Shown: piece after piece, positions 31,627 through 41,991 of the stretch
Numbering within the stretch: the stretch's first letter is position 1
Layout: each line of letters starts with the position of its first letter
Assembly: GCA_963169875.1 (NCBI GenBank)
Contig: CAUJEL010000040.1
Span: forward strand, 16,323-80,322
Length of the DNA: 64,000 nucleotides
Direction: 5' to 3'
DNA from: Candidatus Zhuqueibacterota bacterium
Lineage (GTDB): Bacteria; Zhuqueibacterota; Zhuqueibacteria; Residuimicrobiales; Residuimicrobiaceae
Translations under genes and position numbers: made by a program
Notes under the pieces: generated by a model
Databases searched by the model: none
What the model was told of the DNA's origin: nothing
Seen by the model: only the letters and a program-made list of their open reading frames with translations

Positions 31627-32559
31627 TCAACCTCCATTTCGAACCTGAATGATTTCCGCTGCAATGCTGACCGCGATCTCTGCCGGTGTGTGGCTATGAA
31701 TAGGCAGGCCAATGGGCGTCCGGACATTTTGCAGAACCTGTTTGCTGATACCCTCGCTGAGCAGATTGGTGAGAATCTGCTGTGCTTTTACCCGGCTCGC
31801 CATCAGGCCGAGATAGCGAAATGAATGCGGGATCAACCACCGTAAGACCACTTCGTCCGCCCGATGTGATGGCGTCATGATGACGACATAGCTGTGGTCG
31901 CCCGGCGGAACGAAAGAGGCAACCTTTTCCATGGGCGTGATGATGATATCATGGGCAAAAGGGTTCTTCTTCAGGGCATCCAGTTCCGGCCGGTCGTCGA
32001 GAATGACGATGCGCACATCCAGCGTGGATAAAATCAGCGACAAGGCGGAAGCGACATGGCCGCCGCCGATGAGGTAAACCGTATCTTCATATCCCAATCT
32101 TTCTTCATAAAGACTTGAAGGATCTTCTTCGATCTCCGCCGTCCATTGTATCTCTTGTCCCGCGATCCTCATCAAGCTGGGCTGATTACCAGTAATGCCC
32201 TTTTTGATCTGCTGCACCGCAGCGAGATGGCGGCTGCTGCACGGAAAGGTGAGCACCGTCTGGCTGCCGCCGCAGATCATGCCCGATGTTTCCGCAGACG
32301 CACCGCCATCATGAAGCATGCATTGGATGTTCTGTCTGACCCCGCCACTTTGTAGCTGTTGTTTGATGGATTCTGCCAGATCATACTCGACTGCACCGCC
32401 GCCAATGGAACCGCAGAGCCGGCCATCCTGGGCAACCGCCATTTTAAAGCCTGTTTTGCCGGGCGTGGAGCCTTCATGCGCGATGACCAGCAGCAGCACC
32501 ACGGGTCTGTGGTTCAGTAATTCTTCCTCGATGAATGACCAAAAGCCCACCTGATTCAT
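31627..32559 (-). CDS. xdhC: XdhC/CoxI-family molybdenum hydroxylase maturation factor
   Basis: N-terminal XdhC/CoxI domain (VVLLLVIAHEGSTPGKTGFKMAV) plus a Rossmann-like domain (VYLIGGGHVASAL). Located downstream of xdhA and xdhB. Confidence 0.8.
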   Translation of the reverse strand: MNQVGFWSFIEEELLNHRPVVLLLVIAHEGSTPGKTGFKMAVAQDGRLCGSIGGGAVEYDLAESIKQQLQSGGVRQNIQCMLHDGGASAETSGMICGGSQTVLTFPCSSRHLAAVQQIKKGITGNQPSLMRIAGQEIQWTAEIEEDPSSLYEERLGYEDTVYLIGGGHVASALSLILSTLDVRIVILDDRPELDALKKNPFAHDIIITPMEKVASFVPPGDHSYVVIMTPSHRADEVVLRWLIPHSFRYLGLMASRVKAQQILTNLLSEGISKQVLQNVRTPIGLPIHSHTPAEIAVSIAAEIIQVRNGG

Positions 32560-32612
32560 TATGGAAAAACCTCCCGATCAAAATTACCTGATGGCGGGCG
32601 GCCCCCCACCCT

Positions 32613-32701
32613 GCCGTCACCCCGGGAACGCCGGGCGCAAATTCGGCAACGGCGCTTCCAGGCTGCCGCCATCCTGCAGTCACCCCGGGAACGCCGGGTG
32701 C
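32613..32701. repeat. Two direct copies of a 23-nt hairpin-forming motif GTCACCCCGGGAACGCCGGG(C/T)GC in the xdhB-xdhC intergenic region
   Basis: 32613-32638 and 32679-32701. Each contains a CCCGG-GAACG-CCGGG stem-loop. Confidence 0.3.
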
Positions 32702-32724
32702 CAGATGGCGAACTGACGCCCGCC

Positions 32725-35004
32725 CTACCCGTGCAACGCCAGCAACACGCGTTCCGGCGTCAGCGGTGCGGTGTATTCCACCTGCCAATCCGGCCGGAAC
32801 ACTTTGATGGCATTGATCAGGGCAAAATAACCGGCAATGCCGTACATGAACGGTGGCTCGCCGATGGCCTTGCTGTGAAACGGTCCCGGCGGATTGAAAG
32901 AATCCGGCAAAAAATGCACATCGATCACCTTCGGCGCAAAAAAGATATCCGGCACCTTGTAGGTCGTCAGGCTGTCGGCCAGGAGACGGCCGGTTTTATC
33001 ATGAATAGTTTCTTCCAGCGTCAGCCATCCCAATCCCTGCACCACGGCGCCTTCCACCTGCCCCTGATCGATTAACGGGTCCAGCGACTGCCCCACATCG
33101 TGCACCAGGCGCACGGCATCGAAGCGGTATGTCCCGCGCACCACATCCACTGTCGCTTCCACCATGGCGGCGCCATAGACATGATAGGCAAAGGCATCGC
33201 CCTTGTTTTTGTCGCGATCGAAAAAGATATGCGGAGTGGCATAATGGGCATGGGCGGACAAATTGATGCGGCTGCAATAGGCCTCCCGAATCAGCGTCGG
33301 CCAATCCCAGTCAATCCTTTTTCCATCAATCAACACCTGTTCATCGAGAATGGCAACCTGATCCGGCTGATCCAGGCCGCGTAAAACCGCCAGAAAAGAC
33401 TTCAGTCGTAACAAAATGCTCTCACAGGCAAGTCGGGTGGCATTGCCGTTGAGATCGGGTCCGGTGCTGGCAGCTGTGGCCGAGGTATTGGCATTGCGCG
33501 TGGTATTGGTGCTCTCCATGCGGATGCGACCCACCGAAATGCCGAGAACGCGGGCGGCGATGCCTCTGATCTTCTCATGGGTGCCCTGCCCCATTTCCAC
33601 CACGCCGGTGCTCACGCCCACACTGCCATCGGAGTAGACATGCACCAGCGCGTTGGCCTGATTGAGCAGGGTATTGGTGAAAGAGATGCCGAAACAGATT
33701 GGCATGACGGCAATCCCTTTTTTCTCGAAGGGATGAGCTGCATTGAATCGAGCCGCATCCGCGCGCAGTTTTTCCGTTTCGCAGCGTTCCTCCAGAATTT
33801 GCCAGCATTTGCGGATGTGCGGATTGACGGCCTTCTGACCATAGGGAAATTCATCCCCCTCGCGCAGCAGATTGGCGTGCTGGATGACCGAAGCGTCAAC
33901 GCCCAGTGCTTGCGCCGCCCGATGGATGGCGGATTCGATGACGAACATGGCCTGGGGTCCACCAAATCCGCGAAAGGCGGTGTTGGGTGCACAGTTGGTG
34001 CGGCAGCTGTAGCCCGTGGCGCGGACATTGGGGATGTGATAACAGTTGCTGGTGTGAAACAGCGTCCGGTCCAGGATGGCGGGAGAAAGATCGGCCGCGG
34101 CGCCGGCATTTTGATAGAAGGAGACCTCATACGCGAGAATTTTGCCGACGGCATTCAATCCTATCTTATAATCCGAAGAATAGGGATGGCGTTTGCCGGT
34201 ATAGCGCATATCTTCATGGCGGCGCAGCACCAGTTTGACGGGCTTTTTCATCTTGAAAGCAGCCAGGGCTGCCAAAGCCGCCCAACAGCTGGCCTGATCT
34301 TCCTTGCCGCCGAACGCACCCCCGAGCCGCAGGACTTCCACCTCGATGTGATGCATGGGCAGATTCAGCACGCGCGCCACCGTTTTTTGCACACTGGTCG
34401 GAGATTGTGTGGCCGAGAAGAGCTTGATGCCGCCGTCTTCCCGCGGCAGGGCGATGGCACCCTGGGTTTCGAGATAGAGGTGTTCCTGACCGCCGGAATC
34501 GGCGCGGCCGCTGATGATATACTCGCACTGCGCCCAGGCGGCATCCACATCGCCGCAGGCGAAGACCCGAGGCGGCTGGATGAGTTGATTGTGCGCATAG
34601 GCTTCACGCGGATCGAGGATGGGCTTTTTTTCCTTGATCTCCGCCGTGACCAGCCGGACAGCCCGCCGCGCCGCATCTGCGGTTTTCGCAACCACGAGGG
34701 CGATGGGCTGACCTGCGAAATCCACGCCCTTTTCAGCCAGGAGCACTTCGTCGCGAATGATGCCGCCGATCTGGTTTTCGCCGGGAATGTCCGCCGCCGT
34801 CAGAATGCCCGCCACATCAGGCGTGTGTGCAGCTGCTTCGATATCGAGGTTTTTCAAGACGCCATGGGCGACGGGTGAAGCGAACACCGCCGCGTGCAAA
34901 CAACCGGATGGCAGGGTGTGATCATCGATGTAAATCGATTCGCCGCGAACATGCAGGGTTGCGTCATGATATTTCATAAAAAATCCTGCGTTAGCAAATG
35001 ACAA
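32725..35004 (-). CDS. xdhB: Xanthine dehydrogenase molybdopterin-binding subunit
   Basis: 759-aa ORF with typical XDH Mo-subunit features, including GGAFGGKE, the QGxxQ-type loop (METQGAIA...) and GEPP near the C-terminus. Confidence 0.85.
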   Translation of the reverse strand: MSFANAGFFMKYHDATLHVRGESIYIDDHTLPSGCLHAAVFASPVAHGVLKNLDIEAAAHTPDVAGILTAADIPGENQIGGIIRDEVLLAEKGVDFAGQPIALVVAKTADAARRAVRLVTAEIKEKKPILDPREAYAHNQLIQPPRVFACGDVDAAWAQCEYIISGRADSGGQEHLYLETQGAIALPREDGGIKLFSATQSPTSVQKTVARVLNLPMHHIEVEVLRLGGAFGGKEDQASCWAALAALAAFKMKKPVKLVLRRHEDMRYTGKRHPYSSDYKIGLNAVGKILAYEVSFYQNAGAAADLSPAILDRTLFHTSNCYHIPNVRATGYSCRTNCAPNTAFRGFGGPQAMFVIESAIHRAAQALGVDASVIQHANLLREGDEFPYGQKAVNPHIRKCWQILEERCETEKLRADAARFNAAHPFEKKGIAVMPICFGISFTNTLLNQANALVHVYSDGSVGVSTGVVEMGQGTHEKIRGIAARVLGISVGRIRMESTNTTRNANTSATAASTGPDLNGNATRLACESILLRLKSFLAVLRGLDQPDQVAILDEQVLIDGKRIDWDWPTLIREAYCSRINLSAHAHYATPHIFFDRDKNKGDAFAYHVYGAAMVEATVDVVRGTYRFDAVRLVHDVGQSLDPLIDQGQVEGAVVQGLGWLTLEETIHDKTGRLLADSLTTYKVPDIFFAPKVIDVHFLPDSFNPPGPFHSKAIGEPPFMYGIAGYFALINAIKVFRPDWQVEYTAPLTPERVLLALHG

Positions 35005-35143
35005 ACTTACTATTCCAAGCCATTTAATCTGTTCAATTCATGCCCGGATTCTATGCCAACTCAACCTGCGTATGCAAATGTATTCACCACAAGGAGTAAT
35101 TGGAATGAGCTCAAAGCGACCTCTGACACCGCGGATGAATCAA

Positions 35144-36544
35144 TCATGGATACAGAAACCGATGCAGCTGCGCCCGAATTAATTGGCCCAGCAACAGCTT
35201 TTTATATCGCGCTGACCCGCGGACGTCACTGATGGGTGATATCTCCGTGAGCGCGCACGCCACCGTCCGGGCGACGGTTTCCTCGTTGATTTTGCAGTTG
35301 CGCAACAGGAGCGAAGTTTTGCTCAAATAAAGTGGTATGGGTGCCACCCCTCCCGCTGAAACATGCGCCGTTATAACCATGCCTCCCTGAATATCCAACA
35401 ACATGGCTGAATTCACCGAAGCGATATCCAGATAGGTTCTTTTGCTGACCTTTTCAAAAGAAAAACGGGCGGATGCCGGAGGTATCGCAAAAGAGAGCGC
35501 GGTCACCAGTTCCTCATCATGACGCTGCATGGTTTTGTAGCCGGTGAAAAAATGGCGCAGCGGCAGGGAGCGCTGTTGTTTTTCATCAAAGGATCGCAGG
35601 TGGATGTGGGCATCCAGGGCGAGCAGCATGATGGTCAGATCCCCGATCGGCGAGGCATTGATGATATTTCCGGCAACGGTGGCACGATTGCGGATTTGCG
35701 TGGATGAGACCAGCTCCAGGCTGGCTGCGAGTTGCGGCAGAACTTCATGAAGGATGCCCGAGCGGCGCAGGGTTTCCACGGTGACAGCAGCGCCGATGCT
35801 GCAAATACCCTCGTGAACCTGGATCCTTTTCAAATCGGGGCGATCTGCCAGCAGCCCCACATGGCGATTCTGCAGGTCTTCACCGCGCTGCACATAGATA
35901 TCCGTGCCGCCGGCGACCAACGCCTGCGTATCCATCGTTTGCATTTGCGGCGACAGGCCCATTTTTTTCAGCTCCGCAGCCACCGTGGCGAAATATTCAG
36001 GCAAAAAGCCGGATGCAATCAATGCGGTTATGCGCTGCGGCGTGGACGGATCGCTGGAGAAAAGGCCGGGGGGAACGATGTCGAGCACTCTCTCAATGGC
36101 GCGGCGGATACCCGAGTATCCGGTGCAGCGGCAGATATTGCCGGCCACGCTCATGACGGCCTCGCCCACATCCGCGGAAGTTGCGTTGATCAGGTACGCG
36201 GTCATGGACATGACCAGACCCGGTGTGCAGAAGCCGCACTGAACCGCCCCTGCCTCGATCAACGCACGCTGCAGTGGGCTCGGATCGGCCGTGTTCAGGC
36301 CTTCGATGGTGACCACCTGTTTCCCGGTGCAATCGCCCACCGGCATGAGGCAGGAGTCGACTGCGTCATAGACGATGCGATCGTTCTCCATCCGGCCTAT
36401 CAGAACGGTACAGGCGCCGCAATCTCCCTCGCGGCATCCTTCCTTGGTGCCTTTCAAATCGAGCGTATCGCGAAGCACATCCAGCAGAACACGTCCGGTT
36501 GGCAGCTGCAACTCCAGGACTTGCTGATTGATCATGACCTGCAT
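35144..36544 (-). CDS. xdhA: Xanthine dehydrogenase small subunit (fused 2Fe-2S and FAD-binding domains)
   Basis: N-terminal CREGDCGACTV / CGFCTPG / CRCTGY ferredoxin motifs, followed by the FAD-binding (CO dehydrogenase flavoprotein-like) domain AGGTDIYV. Confidence 0.85.
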   Translation of the reverse strand: MQVMINQQVLELQLPTGRVLLDVLRDTLDLKGTKEGCREGDCGACTVLIGRMENDRIVYDAVDSCLMPVGDCTGKQVVTIEGLNTADPSPLQRALIEAGAVQCGFCTPGLVMSMTAYLINATSADVGEAVMSVAGNICRCTGYSGIRRAIERVLDIVPPGLFSSDPSTPQRITALIASGFLPEYFATVAAELKKMGLSPQMQTMDTQALVAGGTDIYVQRGEDLQNRHVGLLADRPDLKRIQVHEGICSIGAAVTVETLRRSGILHEVLPQLAASLELVSSTQIRNRATVAGNIINASPIGDLTIMLLALDAHIHLRSFDEKQQRSLPLRHFFTGYKTMQRHDEELVTALSFAIPPASARFSFEKVSKRTYLDIASVNSAMLLDIQGGMVITAHVSAGGVAPIPLYLSKTSLLLRNCKINEETVARTVACALTEISPISDVRGSARYKKLLLGQLIRAQLHRFLYP

Positions 36545-36912
36545 AGTATGATAATCCCTTCACCTGTTTAACCACCGCAGCGAATTAATATTATCATGTA
36601 ATTATGATACTATTTCCAGCGGATAATGTCAAGAAATATCTCGAAAACCTGTTTTATCATCTGCAGCCGCTTCGAAAAGCGCCTTGAGATAGACGATACT
36701 CATCAAAGTGCAATTCAGGTCGACGCCAATCCTGCTGCGATTGCATTTTTTCTATTGAGAGGTAAAAGTGAATTCATTATCTTAATAAAAACAAAGTATA
36801 TAGTTCCGAATCGGTATTTGCTGGCTGGTACGGTAAACCCGGTGGCGTGGCAACAGCTTATGGTTAGTTTGCCAGTTACCAGCAATTATGCGCGTAAAAT
36901 TGAGGTTCGATT

Positions 36913-37614
36913 ATGCCAGGCGAAACATTCACCGGATTCTCAAAGGATGCGGTTCAATTCCTCATGGATTTGCGGGAAAACAACAATCGCACCTGGTTTG
37001 AAGCCAATAAATCCCGCTATCTACAGGAAGTTTTGCACCAGGCGCAGCGGTTTGTACTGGACTTGGGCGGCCGGCTGCAGAAAGAATATGGGGACATTCA
37101 TGCCGATCCGCGCACCAATGGCCAGGGTTCGATTTTCCGGATCTATCGCGATGTCCGTTTCAGCAAGGATAAGAGTCCCTACAAAACCAATCTGGGGATC
37201 TTTTTCTGGCACGGTAGTGCAGAACGGAATCAGCGGCCCGGGTTCTATTTCCATCTCGAAGGGGATCATTTCGCTTTGTACAATGGTGTTTACGAGTTCA
37301 CAAAAGCCGGGCTGGAACGCTATCGTCAAGCTGTGGCCAGCCCCATCATCGGCCCCAAACTTATCCAGGCTATCCGCGTGATCCAAACGGCAGGACCCTA
37401 CGTCGTGGGCGGTCACCATTACAAGCGCATCCCGCCCGGCTACGAGGTGCCCCCGGATCGCAGCGAATATCTGTGCTTCAATACCATTTACACCATGCTG
37501 GAACTGCCGCTGCTGGATGTTCTCTTCACCGCCGGCCTGGTGGACTTTTGTCTGGAGCATTATGGCAGGATGTATCCGCTGCTGCAGTGGCTGGTGGAGG
37601 ATCTGGGAATATAG
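36913..37614 (+). CDS. DUF2461 (TIGR02453) family protein
   Basis: FSKDAVQFLMDLRENNNRTWFEANKSRY N-terminal signature of this family. Ends with TAG. Confidence 0.7.
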   Translation: MPGETFTGFSKDAVQFLMDLRENNNRTWFEANKSRYLQEVLHQAQRFVLDLGGRLQKEYGDIHADPRTNGQGSIFRIYRDVRFSKDKSPYKTNLGIFFWHGSAERNQRPGFYFHLEGDHFALYNGVYEFTKAGLERYRQAVASPIIGPKLIQAIRVIQTAGPYVVGGHHYKRIPPGYEVPPDRSEYLCFNTIYTMLELPLLDVLFTAGLVDFCLEHYGRMYPLLQWLVEDLGI

Positions 37615-37814
37615 GTGAACGCCCGTGCACAAGTGCCCTTTTCCTGCGGTTTGCCATGATCATGACAAGGTGCCGGACCTCTGCTGGCATTCAGCACGCA
37701 GGAGCAGCCGGCCAGTATCCCCGCACAGCAAGGCTGTGTGAAATCGAACTGTCCCTGGATGTCCCGGCGGCTGTTGCAGGTGTCTCATATTCATAAATAG
37801 TGTCATACGGGAGA

Positions 37815-37860
37815 CTCCGGGGTCGCATAAAACGCGACGCCCGGGTTTTATCTGGTGTTT
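37815..37860 (+). terminator. Candidate rho-independent terminator between convergent genes
   Basis: CCGGGGTCGC-ATAAAAC-GCGACGCCCGGG stem-loop followed by TTTTATCTGGTGTTTT. Confidence 0.4.
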
Positions 37861-37932
37861 TCGACAGGATAGCAGCGAAGGGTCCTTCATCATGGATTAC
37901 CATGTCTTGCGCCAGAGGGATAATAGCCCACT

Positions 37933-39081
37933 CTACGGATTTACCTGCCCCAGCGCCTGTTCCATATCCGCGATCAAATCATCAATATGCTCCAACCCGA
38001 CGGACACACGGATCAAATCTTGCGTGATTCCTATCGCCGCTCGCACCTCTTCAGGCATGCTGGTGTGCGTCATGCTCCATGGCTGCTCCATCAGCGACTC
38101 AACGCCTCCCAGCGACACTGCCAATGTGAAGACTTGTACATTGCGCAGCAGGGCAAAGGCTCCCTCCTGCCCCCCTTTGACCCGGAACGAAAACGTGCCG
38201 CCATACCCGCTCATCTGTCGCTGCGCCAAATCATGCTGCGGGTGGCTCGCCAGTCCCGGATGTAATACCCGTTCGATCCTGGGGTGATTTTCCAGCCATA
38301 CGGCCAAAGCCAGCGCGTTACGATGATGTTCCTCCATGCGCACACCCAGCGTCTTGATGCCGCGGAGAACCAGATATGAATCGAAGGGACCGAGACAGGT
38401 GCCCATGGTTTTTTGATAGAACTGAAGCTGTTCAGCCAGATCTGCATCCTTGACGATCAACGCTCCGGCGACGACATCGGAATGACCATTGATGTACTTG
38501 GTCATCGAATGCATGACAATATCGATGCCCAAAGACAAGGGCTTCTGAAAGTAGGGACTGGAAAAGGTATTATCGCAAATGCTGATGCAGCCGTGTTCCC
38601 GGGCTACGCCGGCTATGGCCGCCAGGTCCAGCAGATTCATCAACGGATTGGTGGGCGTCTCGGTCCAGATGCCTTTGGTGTTGGGTTTGATGGCCGCCCG
38701 CAGCGCATCCATGTCGCGCAGATTGACGAAATCGAACGTGACCCCGTGCTCGCTGGAAATGGAAACGAGATAACGATACGTCCCGCCATAGAGATCATCG
38801 TGGATGATGAGATGATCGCCCTGTTTGAACAACTCCAACACTGTCGCCACCGCCGCCATGCCGGTGGCCAGAGCAAAGCCGTGGGTGCCGCCCTCGAGCG
38901 CGGCCAGACAATCCTCCAAAGCCTTGCGCGTCGGATTGCCGCTGCGCGAATAATCAAAGGGACCAGGCTGATTGACATCCTGAAAGGCAAAGGTGGAAGT
39001 CTGATAGATCGGGGTCATCACGGCGCCATAATTCTGCTCCGGCGCTTGGCCGGCATGAATGGCCAGGGTCTTGAAGTGCAT
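37933..39081 (-). CDS. Cys/Met-metabolism PLP enzyme (cystathionine gamma-synthase / beta-lyase / methionine gamma-lyase family)
   Basis: 382-aa ORF with SGNPTR, DNTFSSPY and HSMTKYINGHSDVVAG (PLP-lysine) motifs. Confidence 0.8.
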   Translation of the reverse strand: MHFKTLAIHAGQAPEQNYGAVMTPIYQTSTFAFQDVNQPGPFDYSRSGNPTRKALEDCLAALEGGTHGFALATGMAAVATVLELFKQGDHLIIHDDLYGGTYRYLVSISSEHGVTFDFVNLRDMDALRAAIKPNTKGIWTETPTNPLMNLLDLAAIAGVAREHGCISICDNTFSSPYFQKPLSLGIDIVMHSMTKYINGHSDVVAGALIVKDADLAEQLQFYQKTMGTCLGPFDSYLVLRGIKTLGVRMEEHHRNALALAVWLENHPRIERVLHPGLASHPQHDLAQRQMSGYGGTFSFRVKGGQEGAFALLRNVQVFTLAVSLGGVESLMEQPWSMTHTSMPEEVRAAIGITQDLIRVSVGLEHIDDLIADMEQALGQVNP

Positions 39082-39119
39082 GGTCTCTCCTTGATATTAT
39101 ACAATTTTCAATGTCAATA

Positions 39120-39400
39120 GGGGAACCGAATGATTTCGGATTGCAGAAAGGATTTCGGAATTCGGAAAAATATCTCCGCTTGCGGAGAAGATTTCTGAAT
39201 TCGGAACTCGGAAAATTGTCTTGGATTACGGAAAAGATTTTCGTCATTCGGCTCGGGATTTCGGAAACTAGTGTCTTTACTTCCGAAACCCGAAATCACA
39301 GGTCGAAATCTTTATTTTCCGCAATCAAAGTGATCCAAAATCACAAATCCAAAATCTCGGTCAACTGCCTGCAATCCGGCAGCGGTGCTCCCTGGGCATC
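39120..39400. promoter_or_regulatory. Low-complexity array of at least 6 (A/G)ATTTCGGAA / TTCCGAAA boxes, plus an ATCTCCGC-TTGC-GGAGAAGAT palindrome, upstream of the cystathionine-synthase-family gene
   Basis: GATTTCGGAT, GGATTTCGGAATTCGGAAAAAT, TCTGAATTCGGAACTCGGAAAAT, GGGATTTCGGAAACT and ACTTCCGAAACCCGAAATCAC recur every ~30-60 nt. Purely noncoding. Confidence 0.3.
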
Positions 39401-39401
39401 C

Positions 39402-40823
39402 CTATTTCTTGATCTGTGAGATGAATTCCTCCACCTCGGGGATGCCGCCCTGGAAAATCAGATAGCCGTTTGAGGGCTCGCGCTCGGTGATCTCGCCGTT
39501 GATGGGGGTGTACATGATTTTTTTCACTTCCGCCAAATCCTTGCTCTGCCCCAGGGCCCAGCCCAGTTTGACATAAGCGACTTCCGGCAGCATGTTGGCC
39601 ATGGGCACTACGCCGAGTTCCATCATGTCGCGGCCGGTGTCGTATACATACATCTGCACATAACCCCACAAGGTCTGCACGGTCATATAGACCGCGATGT
39701 TTTTCTCCTGGGCGCGTTTCAGGGCCGGATAGAGCGGTTTGTTGACGTGCCCCAGACCGGTTCCGGCTATGATGATACCGCGATAACCGTGGTCGATCAG
39801 CGCGTCGATGATGTCCGGTTTCATATTGGGATAATAATAGACAATACTCACCTTTTCCTCGAACGCGGTGTTGATCACCACATGACGATCATTTCGGCGG
39901 CGTCTGTAATCCTGGCGCAGGGGTGTGATCTTCTCGCGACTCACCATGGCCAGGGGAATGTCGCCGATGGTGCGAAACGTGGAGCGATAGCTGGAGTGCA
40001 TCTTGCGCACGCGGGTGCCGCGGTGCAGCAGGCCATAGACATCCGAAGTCGGACCGAACATGCACACCATCACCTCCGCGATGTTGGATTCCGCGGCGGT
40101 TTTCACCGAATGCATCAGATTGAGCGCGGCATCGGATGAAGGACGGTCTGAGGAGCGCTGCGATCCCACCATGACGATGGGCACCGGCGGATTCTGCACC
40201 ATGAAGGAGAGAATTGCGGCGGTGTGGTGCATGGTATCGGTGCCGTGGCCGATGACGATGCCCTGCACACCTTTTTCGATCTCGCGGCCGATGGCCTGGG
40301 CCGTGCCGATCCACTGCTCCGGTCCCATATTCTCGCTGAAAACGCCGTAGAGCTTTTCCGTCTCCAGATTGCAGATATCAGCCAGCTCCGGCACCGAACC
40401 GTACAGTTCACCCGGCGAAAAGGCGGGAATCACCGCACCGGTGCGGTAGTCGAGCCGCGAAGCGATGGTGCCGCCGGTGCCCAAAAGTTTCACGCGCGGC
40501 TTTCGCGGTTCATAGGGGAATTCCTTTTCCGGGATTTTATAGTGCGCCTCCTTGCGTCCCAGAATCTCGATGGCGGTGATGGTCTCCGCGCGAATGCCGA
40601 TATTATAGCCCGAACGGAGTTTGATGACAACATGCAGGGGATCCGCGGTTTCCGAACGCGGCAGGACTATGCCGGCATAATTCCCTTTCAAGGTCGTTAT
40701 CTTGACATCGCTCCAGATCGGCGTGTTGAAATTCTGCAACGCCGCCAGAGCTTCACCGCGATACCCTTTATAAGCTTCTTGCGTGGACATGGGCTCAATT
40801 CCTGCCTTCTGATACGTGTTCAT
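39402..40823 (-). CDS. gatD: Glu-tRNA(Gln) amidotransferase subunit D (archaeal-type, asparaginase-domain)
   Basis: ~95-aa GatD-specific N-terminal domain (NYAGIVLPRSETADPLHVVIKLRSGYNIGI). Asparaginase domain with LLGTGGTIAS and GIVIGHGTDTM. Confidence 0.75.
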   Translation of the reverse strand: MNTYQKAGIEPMSTQEAYKGYRGEALAALQNFNTPIWSDVKITTLKGNYAGIVLPRSETADPLHVVIKLRSGYNIGIRAETITAIEILGRKEAHYKIPEKEFPYEPRKPRVKLLGTGGTIASRLDYRTGAVIPAFSPGELYGSVPELADICNLETEKLYGVFSENMGPEQWIGTAQAIGREIEKGVQGIVIGHGTDTMHHTAAILSFMVQNPPVPIVMVGSQRSSDRPSSDAALNLMHSVKTAAESNIAEVMVCMFGPTSDVYGLLHRGTRVRKMHSSYRSTFRTIGDIPLAMVSREKITPLRQDYRRRRNDRHVVINTAFEEKVSIVYYYPNMKPDIIDALIDHGYRGIIIAGTGLGHVNKPLYPALKRAQEKNIAVYMTVQTLWGYVQMYVYDTGRDMMELGVVPMANMLPEVAYVKLGWALGQSKDLAEVKKIMYTPINGEITEREPSNGYLIFQGGIPEVEEFISQIKK

Positions 40824-40937
40824 TTCATCACCCCAAATTCGGAAAAATCTGAATCATGACGGGTGTTTTGCCCCACCAGGGTTTGCGAAGCAACCCGCAG
40901 ACGCTGAATCAGTGATCCTTAATCAGGCGTGTGAACA

Positions 40938-41846
40938 TCAGGTTTTTTTCATAACTGTTGTTTGTAATCCCGCTGCGCCAACAATCTCCGGCGTGATGCT
41001 CTCCCACATCACCGGCATGATGTGAATGCCAGCGACTCCTTTCATGCGCCGCACTTCCTTGATGATCTCCACGGCCATGGCGGCCCCCTCCTCTTGCGGC
41101 GCCGAGGCATTTTTCATGCGCTGCAGGAAATCAGGACAAATCCGCATGCCCGGCACCTCAGCTTGCATGTATTCCAGCGCTTTAACGGATTTGACCGGCA
41201 GAATGCCCGCCAGAATGGCCGTCTTTTCATGCAAGCCGCGCTCGCGGACCAGATTCATCCATTTTGAAAAACGCTCGAGATCAAAGACCGGCTGGGTTTG
41301 AATGAACGCGGCCCCAGCCCGGACCTTTTTCTCCAGCCGGATCAGCCGCATCTCCAACGGCTCTCCGCAGGGATTGGCCGCAGCACCAATAAAAAAATGC
41401 GGCGCTTTCTTCAAAGGCTGTCCTGACAACAACGTGCCGCTGTTCATCTGCGCCAGTGTGGCGATGAGTTGTATGGAATCCAGATCAAATACGCCCCTGG
41501 CTTCGGGATGATCGCCGAAACGCTGATGGTCCCCGGTGAGGCAGAGCACGTTCTCAATGCCCAGAGCCGCGGCCCCGAGCAGATCGCTCTGAATGGCGAT
41601 GCGGTTGCGGTCCCGGCAGGTCACTTGCATGATTGGCTCAAGGCCTTGCTCGAGCAATATTTTGGCGGCGGCAATGCTGGAGAGGCGCACGATGGCGGTT
41701 TGATTGTCCGTGATATTCACGGCATCAACAACACCTGTGAAGTACGCCGCTTTCTTGCGGATGACATCGGCATCGCAGCTTTGCGGCGGTCCCATTTCGG
41801 CGCACACGGCGAATTCGCCTCTGGCAATTTTTTCTCGTAATGACAT
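40938..41846 (-). CDS. metF: Methylenetetrahydrofolate reductase
   Basis: MTHFR TIM-barrel sequence starting at the internal Met MSLREKIARGEFAVCAEMGPP. The ORF track extends it 29 codons upstream. Confidence 0.75.
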   Translation of the reverse strand: MSLREKIARGEFAVCAEMGPPQSCDADVIRKKAAYFTGVVDAVNITDNQTAIVRLSSIAAAKILLEQGLEPIMQVTCRDRNRIAIQSDLLGAAALGIENVLCLTGDHQRFGDHPEARGVFDLDSIQLIATLAQMNSGTLLSGQPLKKAPHFFIGAAANPCGEPLEMRLIRLEKKVRAGAAFIQTQPVFDLERFSKWMNLVRERGLHEKTAILAGILPVKSVKALEYMQAEVPGMRICPDFLQRMKNASAPQEEGAAMAVEIIKEVRRMKGVAGIHIMPVMWESITPEIVGAAGLQTTVMKKT

Positions 41847-41991
41847 GAATGGCTTTCGTTTCAAGTTTGCTGCATTTGGCAAAGAAAGAGTTACGGAACA
41901 GTGAAAAAAAGTGGCTGCATGGTTTACCAGCAAAGGTCGTTTAAAAAAATCAAATAAACTGATTCCTTTCTACCCTGTTCCATTCATTCGT

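Noticed and set aside
33577-34878. 433-aa + ORF
   Set aside because: Antisense of xdhB.
35732-36571. 279-aa + ORF
   Set aside because: Antisense of xdhA.
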